From an uncultured Acidobacteriota bacterium (GTDB taxonomy: Bacteria > Acidobacteriota > Thermoanaerobaculia > UBA5066): a stretch of 64,000 bases of DNA. Made by a program: the position numbers and the translations under genes. The stretch spans positions 1,152,001 through 1,216,000 of the forward strand of contig CAVZYA010000001.1 of assembly GCA_963779415.1 (NCBI GenBank), given 5' to 3'. Below, one piece after another: positions 52,116 to 64,000 of the stretch; the first letter of the stretch is position 1; each line of letters starts with the position of its first letter. Under the pieces are notes generated by a model. The model was not told the DNA's origin. It did no database searches and saw only the letters and a list, made by a program, of their open reading frames with translations.

Positions 52116-53094
52116 GCGAGATCCGGTTCCACCCGGGAAATCCGAAACGCCGCTCGCGCTCGATCGACGTGGGGCCGGTCCTCGGCGGCCTGATCGCCTC
52201 TCTCACCGTCGCGGCCGGGACCGTGACGTTTCTCGGCCTCGCGGGCGCTCCGTCGCTCGTCTCGGACCTGGTCCGGTCCGTCGACCGGCTCGCCCTTCGC
52301 GAGACGGCGCGGCGCGGCGCCGAAGCACTCGGGAACGTCGCGCGGCGCGCCGAGAAGTTCTCCGGGCGCCTCGCCGCGGACGAGCTTTTCCTCGCGCGCG
52401 TCGGCCTCATCGCCGAGGTGCCGCTCCCCGACGGATTCCCGACGGTCCTCTCGCAGAAGGAGCTCCCGGCCTCGGCCGACGAGATGGAGACGGCCATCGC
52501 CTCCCTGAGGCGACGTCTTCGCGTCTTCGAGCTTTTCCGCCGCCGCCTCTCCCCTCTCCCCGGTCCGGGCGGGCCGAACCCTCTCCGGATTCCCTCCCGC
52601 TGTCCCGTGGATCCGTCTTCCTCCGTCCCCATCGCCGTCTTCGGGCCACGGATCTCCGAGGTGACGCGGCAGGCGGAGTTCTTCCCGGGCCTCTCGCTCG
52701 CGGCGCCGGCCGGATCCCTCGTCCTCGCGCCGGCCGCGGGGACGGTCATCTTCACCGGGAGCGTCGGGCGAAAGGCCGACGCCGGGTGGCGCCGCCTCGG
52801 GACGATCGTCGTCATCGCCCACGACGACGAGACGCGGACCGTCTTCGGCCACCTCGGAAAGGTCCTCGTCCCGAAGGGGCGCCGGGTCCACCGGGGCGAG
52901 CCGATCGGCCGCGTCGGGCAGAGCGGCTTCGCCGCCACGCCGCGTCTTCACTACGAGGTGCGGCGGCGGGAGGGTGCCCAGTTTCTCCCCGTCGACCCGC
53001 GCCTCTATATCCTCGATGCCGACTGGATCGACGCGTCCGAGCTTCGGAACCGCCCCCCGCGCCCGCGTCCACGGCGATGCCGCCGCTGGGCTGA
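52112..53094 (+). CDS. M23/LytM family protein with degenerate zinc motifs (C-terminus uncertain; possible frameshift in the C-run near 53055)
   Basis: APAAGTV, VVIAH, TVFGHL, GEPIGRVGQSG, LHYEV, VDP; the primary frame stays open to 53308. Confidence 0.78.
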
Positions 53095-53304
53095 GGCTCA
53101 GAGGCGCGAAGGCTCGCGGACTGACCGAGCAAGCCTGTCACCTTTCGGAGACGGCGAAACGAGACGGCTGCCGGGTGATCGTCGGGGCAATCGACTGAAC
53201 CAGCCTGTCTTTCTCGGCAATTCCGTGCCCGAAGGCGGAAGATCGATGAGTCCGGACAGGGCTGGCCCGCGTGTTGCGGAATCTGGAAGTTCGATGAGAC
53301 CGCG

Positions 53305-56300
53305 ATGAGACAGAAGAAGCGATGGCCGCCTGTCGGAGCTTCCCTCGCTCTCCTTTCGTTGACGACTCTCTCTACGCCAGTCCTCTCCCAGCCTTTGGCG
53401 ATCTCGCACCTTGCAGGGACGATGGGCCCATCCGGCTGGGTCGACGGACCCGGGACCTCTGCGGGCTTCCATGACCCTCAGGGGGTCGCCGTGGACAGCT
53501 CGGGAAGCGTCTACGTGGCGGATTCCACCAACTGCACCATCCGGAAGATCTCGTTGTCCGGGGTCGTTTCCACGCTCGCCGGTCTTGCGGGCTCGTGCGG
53601 CAGTGCGGACGGTATCGGATCTATCGCACGGTTCAACTTTCCCTGGGGCGTCGCCGTGGACGGCTCCGGCAACGTCTACGTGGCCGACTCCTACAACGAC
53701 ACCGTCCGGAAAATCACCCCATCAGGGTTCGTTTCCACCATCGCTGGCGTGGCAGGCTCCTCCGGCAGCGCGGACGGCATCGGGTCAGCCGCACGGTTCA
53801 GGTTTCCCACGGGCGTCGCCGTGGACGGCTACGGCGACGTCTACGTGGCCGACTATTTCAACAACACCATCCGTAAGATCAGTCCCGCCGGCGTCGTCTC
53901 GACAATCGCGGGCGTGGCGGGCTCCTCCGGCAGCGCGGACGGCACCGGGTCTGCCGCACGGTTCAACTTGCCTCGGGGCGTAACGACGGACCGCCTGGGC
54001 AACGTCTACGTAGCCGACTCGGGATACTACTTCGGCCATCCGGCCATCGCGTCTCCCGGCTTCACCGTCCGAAAGATCACACCAGACGGCGTCGTCTCTA
54101 CGCTTGCCGGTCTCTCCGGCACTCCCGGGACGTCGGACGGCACCGCTGCCGAGGCGCGGTTCGTCGGACCCTTAGGAGTTGCAGTCGACGGCCAGGGCAA
54201 CGTCCTGGTCGCCGACGGATTCACGATCAGGAAGATCTCGCCATCGGGGGTGGTCTCCACGATCGCAGGTCTCGCGAATACCGATGGCAGCGCCGACGGC
54301 GCCGGATCAGCGGCGCGGTTCGAGTCCGCCGCAGGCGTGGCCACGGATGTTTCAGGCAACGTTTACGTCGCCGACACCGGCAACCACACAATCCGCAAGG
54401 TGACATCAGCCGGCGAGGTTTCAACGCTTGTAGGCCTCGGCGTGGCTGGCTCGTACGGCAGCGCAGACGGCACTGGGTCAGCGGCTCGGTTTGACTATCC
54501 CTCGGGCGTGGCCGTGGACAGCTCCGTCAACGTCTACGTAGCCGATACCAGCAACCACACGATCCGAAAGGTGACCTCCACCGGCGTTGTCACCACACTC
54601 GCTGGCCTCGCCGGTTTCGACGGTAGCGCGGACGGCCCCGGGTCCGTTGCACGGTTCAATTTCCCGAACGGTGTCGCCGTGGACGGCTCCGGCAACGTCT
54701 ATGTGGCCGATACCAGCAACGACACAATCCGAAAGGTGACCTCGGCCGGAGTCGTCTCCACACTCGCTGGTCTTGCGGGTTCCTACGGCAGCGCCGACGG
54801 CCCCGGGTCCGCTGCACGGTTCCTTTGCCGGCGGGCTTGGCCGTGGACAGCTACGGCAACGTCTACGTGGCCGACTCCGGCAACCACACCATCCGTAAGA
54901 TCAGTCCCGCCGGCGTCGTCTCGACAATCGCGGGCCTGGCAGGCTCGTACGGCAGCACGGACGGCGCCGGGCCAGCCGCGCGGTTCTTCTACCCCACGGG
55001 CGTCGCCCTGGACGGCTCAGGCAACGTCTACGTGGCCGACTACCTCAATGACACGGTCCGAAAGATCACCCCGTCAGGCGTCGTTTCCACTCTCGCCGGC
55101 CTGGCAGGATCCTACGGCAGCGCGGACGGGACAGGACCCGCGGCTCGGTTCACCGATGTTTCAGCCGTGGCGGCAGATGGTTCGGGCAACGTCTACGTGG
55201 CCGATACCAGGAACGAGACTATCCGCAAGATCACGCCGTCCGGGGTCGTCTCCACGGTTGCCGGTCTGACTGGTTCCCAGGGCAACGTCGACGGCACCGG
55301 CTCCCTCTGCAAGGTTCAATGAACCATCGGGGATCTCCGTAGACGGCTCCGGCAATGTCTACGTCGCAGACACTTTCAACCACGGCATCCGCGAGGGAAC
55401 GGCCGCATCGCTCACCGATGCGGCCACAATCGACGCTTCGACCGGATTGACGGGCCAGCTTCGCCAGCTCGACACCTCACCGCAGCAGGCCACGAGTTGG
55501 AACTGGGAGGAGATCCGGCGCCCTGCGGCATCGACGGCAAACCTCTCCTCGACGATGATTCGCAACCCGACGTTTACGCCAGATGTTCCGGATCTCTACA
55601 TCTTCAACCTGACGGCGACCAACGACTCTGGCGCCCGGGGCGTCACGACCGTATCGCTCCTGGCAACGAGCCCTGCACCTCCCGTGCCCGTCTCCCGGCC
55701 CTCCCCGTCGTCGTGGATGTCGCCGGCGGCCAGGTCCACTACACGACGGAGATGGCGCTCACGAATAACACCACGTCAACACTCGATATCTCGATACTCT
55801 ACACCGCCTCGCTCGGGTCGAAGCAGGGATCGGGGACGGGGACGGACTACCTCGCTCCGGGCGAGCAGAAGATGATCGGCGACGCCATCTCGTATCTTCG
55901 AGCCAGGGGCCTCGCCATTCCGTACTCCGAGCAGCCGCAGGAGGGAGGCACCCTGCTCGTGACGTTCCAGGGCTCCGACGTCATCGACCCAAGGTCCGTT
56001 CGGCGACGGCCCGGACGACGACGCCGACGGCCGCACCCAGCCCGTCGGGCGCGCGGGCTCGCGTCCGGGACTCAACCCGAAGAATCGTCGACGTCGAGTC
56101 TCGACGATCTACGGCCTCCGCTCGACATCGGCGGAGCGAAGCAACGTCGCCGTCTTCAACACGCGAGCGACCCGGTGACGCGCAGGTGACCGTCTGCTCC
56201 GGGACGGGAGAGGCCGGTGTGTCGCTCAAAGGCGCGAGACCTGCGCATACGGATGGCCAGTACCCGTCGACAGATCCTCGACGGAAACGGGATTCGAAGG

Positions 56301-56600
56301 GTGGGCGATCGTCGAGCGGACATCGGCCACGGGCTCCAGCGCCTACGGCGGATCACGACACGTACGAACGACGGGTCGTTCGTCCTGCCCGTTGGGAGCG
56401 CCACCGCCGCCTCGACCACGGTACCTGTCCTCGCCGAGACACCGACTCCGGAGCGAGCTGGTCCTCGCGACAAGAGCACTCGCCGGTCACGTGACGCGAG
56501 CTACGTCGAGCGATGACCCCTCGCCGGGACCTGGCGGGAGGATGACCCTCACGCTCTCACCGATGGAGGAACGGATCATCCCGGAGGCGATCGACTCCTC
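53305..56600 (+). CDS. Large secreted NHL-repeat protein (12 repeats) with a C-terminal domain; multiply frameshifted, 3' end uncertain, possibly a pseudogene
   Basis: Signal peptide; ~55-aa repeats ARF.xP.GVAVD.SGNVYVAD..N.TIRK across ORFs 53305, 54825 and beyond; later fragments LPVVVDVAGGQVHYTTEMALTN and GGTLLVTF. Confidence 0.75.
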
Positions 56601-57042
56601 GCCAGGCGTCAGCCGGGCGAGGACGCCGCGCCAACGCCGTGCGCGGACCGGAGGACCCTGAACGTCGCCGGCAGCACGGCTACAGTCGCGCGGGCCGGCC
56701 CGCCGAGCTCACGCCGGAGAGAGCCAGCGAGCTACCTTATGCCCCGGCCCGCCGAGACCGTCCGAGCCGTCGTGCCGGGACAGCTCCGGGCCGTCTCTCA
56801 GCTCAGCTCGAGGCGACGCCGGCGCGTGCAGTGCCGTCCTCGCTTCTCCGTGGCGCGTCCGGTTCACTCCGCGTCGCGCGTGTGTGACCCTGCCCCGTTG
56901 TCGCTCGTGTGTCCGTGGACCGTTTGCGAGCGCGGCGCGCTTGGCGTGGGGAGCCCGCGGGCGGCGAGGTCCCGTCGCGTCGGCTGAGGCTCACGAGCTG
57001 GCTTCCCGCTGGCCCGTCAGGCGCGAAGCGGGTCCGCTCGAT

Positions 57043-58220
57043 TCAGTAGGCGCGCTGCGCCGCGACGAAGGCGTGGAAGTTCCGCCGCACCTCGTCCATC
57101 GAGTCCCCCCCGTCTTTTCGAGGAGGGCGTCCGCGAGGACGAAGGCAAGCATCGCCTCGGCGATGACCCCGCACGCCGGGACCGCCGTCACGTCCGAACG
57201 CTCGTATTGCGCGCGGTGGGGCTCCTTCGTGTCGATGTCGACCGACGGGAGGCCGTCCCGGAGCGTCGAGATCGGCTTCTGGTAGAGGGTCGCGAGGAGA
57301 TCCTCGCCGTTCGTCATCCCTCCTTCGAGCCCGCCGGCGTGGTTCGAGGTCCGGAAGAAGCCGCGTTTCGCCTCCCACGCGATCGGGTCGTGCGCCGCCG
57401 ACCCGGGCCGGAAGGCGTTCGCGACGGCGGCGCCGAGAGAGACCCCCTTCACCGAGGGGATCGACATGAGAGCCCGCGCGAGACGGCCGTCCAGCTTCGC
57501 ATCCCACGAGACGTGGCTCCCGAGGCCGGCGGGTACCCCCGTCGCCCCGACGAGGATCGTCCCGCCGAGCGTGTCGCCGGCCTTCGAGGCCGCGTCGACG
57601 GCCGCGATCATGGCCGCTTCAGTTTCACGGTCCACGGCCCGGAGCGGCGACGTCTCGTCCACCCGCTCGAGATCGCCGAAGGAAAAACCGCCGGGCGGCT
57701 CCGGAAAGGAGACCGGGCCGAGCGAGAGAACGCCGCTCCGGATCCGGATTCCGAACGTGAGGAGAAGCTGCCGGCAAAGCGCTCCCGCGGCCACACGCGC
57801 CGCCGACTCGCGGGCGCTCGCCCGCTCGAGGATGTCGCGAAGGTCCCGCCGCCCGAACTTGAGCCCTCCGGCCAGGTCCGCGTGGCCGGGGCGCGGCGAC
57901 GAGAGGCGGCGCTTTTCGGCCGCCTCGGGATCGACGACGAGCGGCCCCATCACCTTCTCCCAGACGACGTAGTCGCGGTTCGCGATCTCGAAGGCCACCG
58001 GTCCCCCGAGCGTCTCGCCTCCGCGCAGCCCTCCGGTAAAATGCGCTTCGTCCCTTTCGATCTTCATCCGCCCGCCGCGCCCGTGGCCGTGCTGGCGCCG
58101 GGCGAGGTCCGCGGCGACGGCGGCGGCGTCGATCCGGAGCCCCGCCGGGAGGCCCGTCAGGATCCCGGTCAGCTTCGGGCCGTGAGACTCTCCGGCCGTG
58201 ACGAGCGCGAGACGCGGCAT
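57043..58220 (-). CDS. aroC: Chorismate synthase (apparent frameshift in the homopolymer near 57105-57111)
   Basis: TAGESHG, RRQHGHGRGGRM, PRPGHAD, ERASARE, NHAGGLEGGMTNG, ERSDV; C-terminus GGDSMDE in another frame. Confidence 0.94.
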
Positions 58221-58244
58221 TCCGCGGAGTCTAAACTCCCGCGC
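58221..58244. promoter_or_regulatory. Symmetric bidirectional promoter (overlapping -10 hexamers) for aroC and the ABC ATPase
   Basis: AGTCTAAACT: TAAACT (+, 58232-58237) and TAGACT (-, 58233-58228), each exactly 7 nt from its start codon. Confidence 0.65.
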
Positions 58245-58961
58245 GTGATTCACATCGAGGGGCTGACGAAGGCCTACCGCGATCTGACCGCGGTCTCGGC
58301 CCTCTCGTTCGCGGTGGCGCCCGGAGAGGTGATGGGCCTCGTCGGCCCGAACGGCGCCGGGAAGACGACGACGCTGCGTTGCCTCGCCGGGATCCTCCCC
58401 CCGACGGCCGGGCGCATCACGATCGACGGTTTCGATCTCGCCCTCCGCCCCGTCGACGCCAAGCGCTGCATCGCCTTCATGCCCGACGAGCCGCGACTCT
58501 TCGAGCACCTCACGCTCGCGGACCATCTGGCCTTCACCGCGCGGCTCTACGGCGTCGCGGACGCGGCGGCGCGGGGCGCGGCCCTCCTTTCGGAGCTGGA
58601 GCTGAACGGGAAGGAGAACGCCCTCCCCGCGGAGCTGTCGCGCGGGATGAAGCAGAAGCTCGTCATCGCCTGCGGCCTCCTCCACGAGCCGAAGGCGCTC
58701 GTCTTCGACGAGCCGCTGACCGGGATCGATCCCGGCGGGATCCGCCGGCTGAAGCAGACGATCGTCGCTCGGGCGCGTGCCGGAGCGGCCGTGATCGTCT
58801 CGTCGCATCTCCTCCACCTCGTCGAGGAGATCTGCGACCGGGTCCTGATCCTGTCGAAGGGGCGGGCCGTTCTCGAGGGAACACTCGAGGAGATCCGCGC
58901 CGGGGCGGGGGACGCGTCTCTGGAGGAGGTCTTCCTCCGGGTCACCGGGACGGGGGGATGA
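58245..58961 (+). CDS. ABC transporter ATP-binding protein
   Basis: GPNGAGKTT, LSRGMKQK, LVFDEP, SSH. Confidence 0.94.
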   Translation: MIHIEGLTKAYRDLTAVSALSFAVAPGEVMGLVGPNGAGKTTTLRCLAGILPPTAGRITIDGFDLALRPVDAKRCIAFMPDEPRLFEHLTLADHLAFTARLYGVADAAARGAALLSELELNGKENALPAELSRGMKQKLVIACGLLHEPKALVFDEPLTGIDPGGIRRLKQTIVARARAGAAVIVSSHLLHLVEEICDRVLILSKGRAVLEGTLEEIRAGAGDASLEEVFLRVTGTGG

Positions 58962-60762
58962 ATCCCCGTCCCTCGCCGGCCGGCGCCCTCGTCTTCTTCG
59001 CCGTCCGCTCCGCGTCGAACGCGGCGCGCCGCCGGCTCCGCCGTCTCGCCGAGCCCCGGTACCTGGTCGGCCTCGCCGTCGCCGTCGCGTACATCGCGCT
59101 CGTCCTGATCCGGCCCGGCCGTCCTTCCCCTCGCGGCGCTGCCGCCGGCCCATGGCCCGTCGAGCTGACGACGGTCGTCCAGCTCGGCGCCGCCGCTCTC
59201 CTTCTCCTCGGCGCGGCGTTCGTCTGGCTCTTCCGGGGAAGTGACGCGGCGCTCTCCCTGACGGAGGGGGAGGCGGACACCCTTTTTCCGCGCCGGTGGC
59301 GCGGCAGACCGTCGTCCACTTCTCCCTCCTCCGCTCGCAGCTCCGGGTCCTCTCCGGCGTCGTCGTCGCGCTCCTCTTCTCGCGCCCCTCGTCTCTGGCC
59401 GGACTTCTCCGGAGCGCCCTCGGCGGGTGGATCCTCTTTTCGACCGTCAACCTCCACCTTCTCGGCGTCGGCTTCACCAAGGCCGCGTGGAAGGAGCTCG
59501 GGGCGGCGCGGCGCCGGACGATGACCATCGTCTCGACCCTTCTCGCGCTCGCCGTTCTCGCCTTCACCGTCGCGGGCGTGACCGAGGTCGTGGTCCGGGC
59601 GGCGGCCACGGCCGGGCCCCGCGGCCCGAGCGTCATCGCCGTGGAGTCCGCTCTGGTCTCGGGGAGGCTCGGACGCGCGCTCCTCGCCCTTCTCACCCCC
59701 CTGCGCGCCGTCGCCGCCCCGCTCTTCGCCCCGACGCCTTCGGCCTTCGTGGCCGCGCTTCCGGCCGCGCTCCTGCTTCTCGCCCTCCACTACGTCTGGG
59801 TCATCCGGACGAACGCCCGGTACGAGGACGCGACGATCGAAGGGGCGGCTCGCCGCGCGGCCCGGCGGGCGCGTCGGCGCGGAGAGGTGGCGGCCCTCCC
59901 CGGGGAGGAGAAGAGGAAGAGCGTCCCGTTCGTCCTCGCCCCGAGCGGGCGCCCCGAGGTCGCGATCTTCTGGAAGAACCTCGCCGCGTGGAACCGGACG
60001 CCGATGAAGACGCAGCTGGGCTGGTTTCTTCCTCTCGGCGTCTTCTTTCTCGCGGCCGGAGCCTTCTCGCGCTCCCCCGCCGCCGACAGGGCGACCGGCG
60101 TGGCGCTCATGGTCGTCTCGGCCGTCGCCCCCTTTCTCGCGCTCATGCTTCCGTCCGGCCTCCGGCTTGATCTCCGCCGGGACCTCGCGGACGCCGCCGT
60201 CCTCCGGTCCTGGCCCGTCGGGCCGGTGGGGCTCGTCGTCGCCGAGGTCGCGGCACCTCTCTGGGTCTGCGTTCTGATTCTCCTCGGCGGCGTTCTCAGC
60301 GCCCTTCCGCTCTCCGTCGGGAGGGCCCTGCGCGGCGCCGCGAACGCCGCCGGGCCGCTCGCCGGCCTCGACGCGCCGGAGCGCCTCGTCCCGGCGGCGC
60401 TCGCCGCGTTGCTGATCGTGCCGCCCCTCTCGCTCCTTCTCGTCCTCGGACAGAACGCCGCGACGCTCGCATTTCCGGCGTGGTTCCCGCCGGGACCTCA
60501 CCGCTCTCGCGGGCTCGAGCAGATGGGGATCAGCCTCCTGACGGCTCTCGTCTCTCTCATGGCGCTCGCGCTCGCTCTCATCCCCGCGGCCGTCCTCGCC
60601 GCGCTCGTCCTCTTCCTCGGGGGAGCGGCGCTCGGCCCCTGGGCGCTCCCGCTCGGCGCGCTCTTCGGCTCTCTCCCCCTCTGGGCCGAGGCGGTCGGCG
60701 CCGTCTTCCTCCTCGCGAGGATCTGGGAGCGCTTCGACCCGTCGCTCGACCTTCCCGACTGA
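58958..60762 (+). CDS. Putative ABC exporter permease (apparent frameshift near 59290)
   Basis: Multi-TM; starts at the ATGA overlap (MNPRPSPAGALVFF..) and continues in 59296..60762 (AIFWKN, RLDLRRDL). Confidence 0.75.
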
Positions 60763-60774
60763 GAGAGCGCCCGG

Positions 60775-61725
60775 CTACTCGAGCGGAATCCGGCTCTTGT
60801 TCCTGGCGAGCCACGAGTCGAAGGTCTGGAGGCCGGGGTACAGCGACCGCGAGAAGTCGACGCTCCGGACTCCGCAGAAGTCGTCCGAGAAGTCGCGGTT
60901 GAACTGGAACATGTTGCCGAGATCCTCGGCGCCGGGGAAGCCGAAGCCGCGGTAGACGTCAGGCGGAATCGCGTTGTAGGCCACAACCCGTCCGAGCGCC
61001 TTCGAAAAAGATGCGGCCATCTCGGCCCCCGTCAGGTGCTCGCCCGCGATGCCGACCGTCTTCCCGACGTGCTCCTTCCCCTTCCGGAAGATCCCGTACG
61101 CACACCGGCCGATGTCCTCCGCGGCAATCCCGGGGAGCCTTCGGTCTCCCATCGGGAGCGAGATCGCGAGGATTCCGTCCGGTCCTTTCTTCGGGCCCAT
61201 CCCGAAGAAGATGAAGTTGTCCCAGTAGAACGACGTCAGGAGGAAGGTCGTCGGGACCCCTTCCGCCGTGAAGAACCGGTTCGACTCCCCCTTGGCATCG
61301 AAGTGCGGCACCTTGAAGCTCCCGAGGAGCGTCGGCATCCGGTCGTCGTCGAGCGGCACCCACTGGCGCGTGTCTTCCAGAGTCGACCAGATCGCGTGGG
61401 CGACGCCGGCCCTCTTCGCGGCCGACGCCATGGACCTGGCCTGCGCCATCTCCCGGTCGGGCGAGAAATGCTCCCAGAAGAAGGTGACGCAGTAGGCGCC
61501 GTGGGCGCCCCGGAACGCCTTCTCGAGGCTTGCTTCGTCGTCCACGTCGGCGGCGACGACCTCGGCGCCGAGCTTCGCCAGCTCCTTCGCTTTCTCCGAG
61601 TTCACGTTTCGGGTTACGGCGCGGGCAGTAAATCCGCCGGAGTGGTCGCCCTGGATGGCGCGGACGAGACCGCCCCCCTGCGCGCCCGTCGCCCCCACGA
61701 CGACGATGATTCTCTTCTCGACCAT
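60775..61725 (-). CDS. NmrA/HSCARG family NAD(P)-binding protein
   Basis: VVGATGAQGG, CVTFFWEH, IWSTLED, VPHFDAK. Confidence 0.92.
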   Translation of the reverse strand: MVEKRIIVVVGATGAQGGGLVRAIQGDHSGGFTARAVTRNVNSEKAKELAKLGAEVVAADVDDEASLEKAFRGAHGAYCVTFFWEHFSPDREMAQARSMASAAKRAGVAHAIWSTLEDTRQWVPLDDDRMPTLLGSFKVPHFDAKGESNRFFTAEGVPTTFLLTSFYWDNFIFFGMGPKKGPDGILAISLPMGDRRLPGIAAEDIGRCAYGIFRKGKEHVGKTVGIAGEHLTGAEMAASFSKALGRVVAYNAIPPDVYRGFGFPGAEDLGNMFQFNRDFSDDFCGVRSVDFSRSLYPGLQTFDSWLARNKSRIPLE

Positions 61726-61823
61726 GTTCGGCTCCCCTCATGCCCGCTCCGGCGAGCGGACCCGGGCGCGACGATACCTTGATGCAACTCTGTCACAAAA
61801 CGGGATCGGGACCCCCGGGACGG

Positions 61824-64000
<2,177 letters not shown>

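Noticed and set aside
53100-53304. Possible c-di-GMP-I riboswitch before the NHL gene (GGCAAT..hairpin)
   Set aside because: Lacks the GCAAAG-type junction and a convincing second stem; an Infernal search would be needed.
53420-55400. Regularly spaced ~165-bp repeats as a CRISPR array or DGR template/variable repeats
   Set aside because: They are degenerate in-frame NHL protein repeats. No cas gene or reverse transcriptase is in the window, and no adenine-specific variation was evident.

Overview
Chromosomal segment of a very GC-rich bacterium. Acidobacteriota, possibly Thermoanaerobaculia-like, is inferred from a GWxTD/VWA protein and overall gene content, not proven. Many apparent frameshifts in housekeeping genes suggest long-read indel errors. 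The left ~11.4 kb is one tightly coupled minus-strand superoperon: aroD-aroE fusion, hisZ-hisG fusion, hisD, hisC, hisB, hisH, hisA, hisF-hisI-hisE fusion, trpE, trpG and trpD, which runs off the edge. The top finding lies in front of it: an unannotated 11-codon leader peptide (MLALHWHGHHN, 11307-11342) with a complete set of mutually exclusive hairpins and a terminator, a candidate dual His/Trp-sensing attenuator. Other notable signals: a recurrent AT-rich motif (TCTTAGARGG..ARARAC) embedded in coding sequences in different frames, often as inverted pairs; a RAYT/REP-like accessory hotspot (17.5-23.8 kb) with 18-bp inverted repeats, a 30-bp direct repeat, an AbiEii-type TA pair and a HEPN protein; pervasive leaderless-type promoters, including a symmetric bidirectional one; CTG starts at stop/start overlaps; and an orphan terminator with an anti-SD-bearing sRNA candidate. 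The rest includes cysS, def, acpS, corA, ade, maf, two GGDEF/EAL proteins, a thr cluster, carB, O-antigen ligase-like genes, an NHL-repeat protein, aroC, an ABC exporter, hemL and hemB. No rRNA, tRNA or CRISPR array was recognised.
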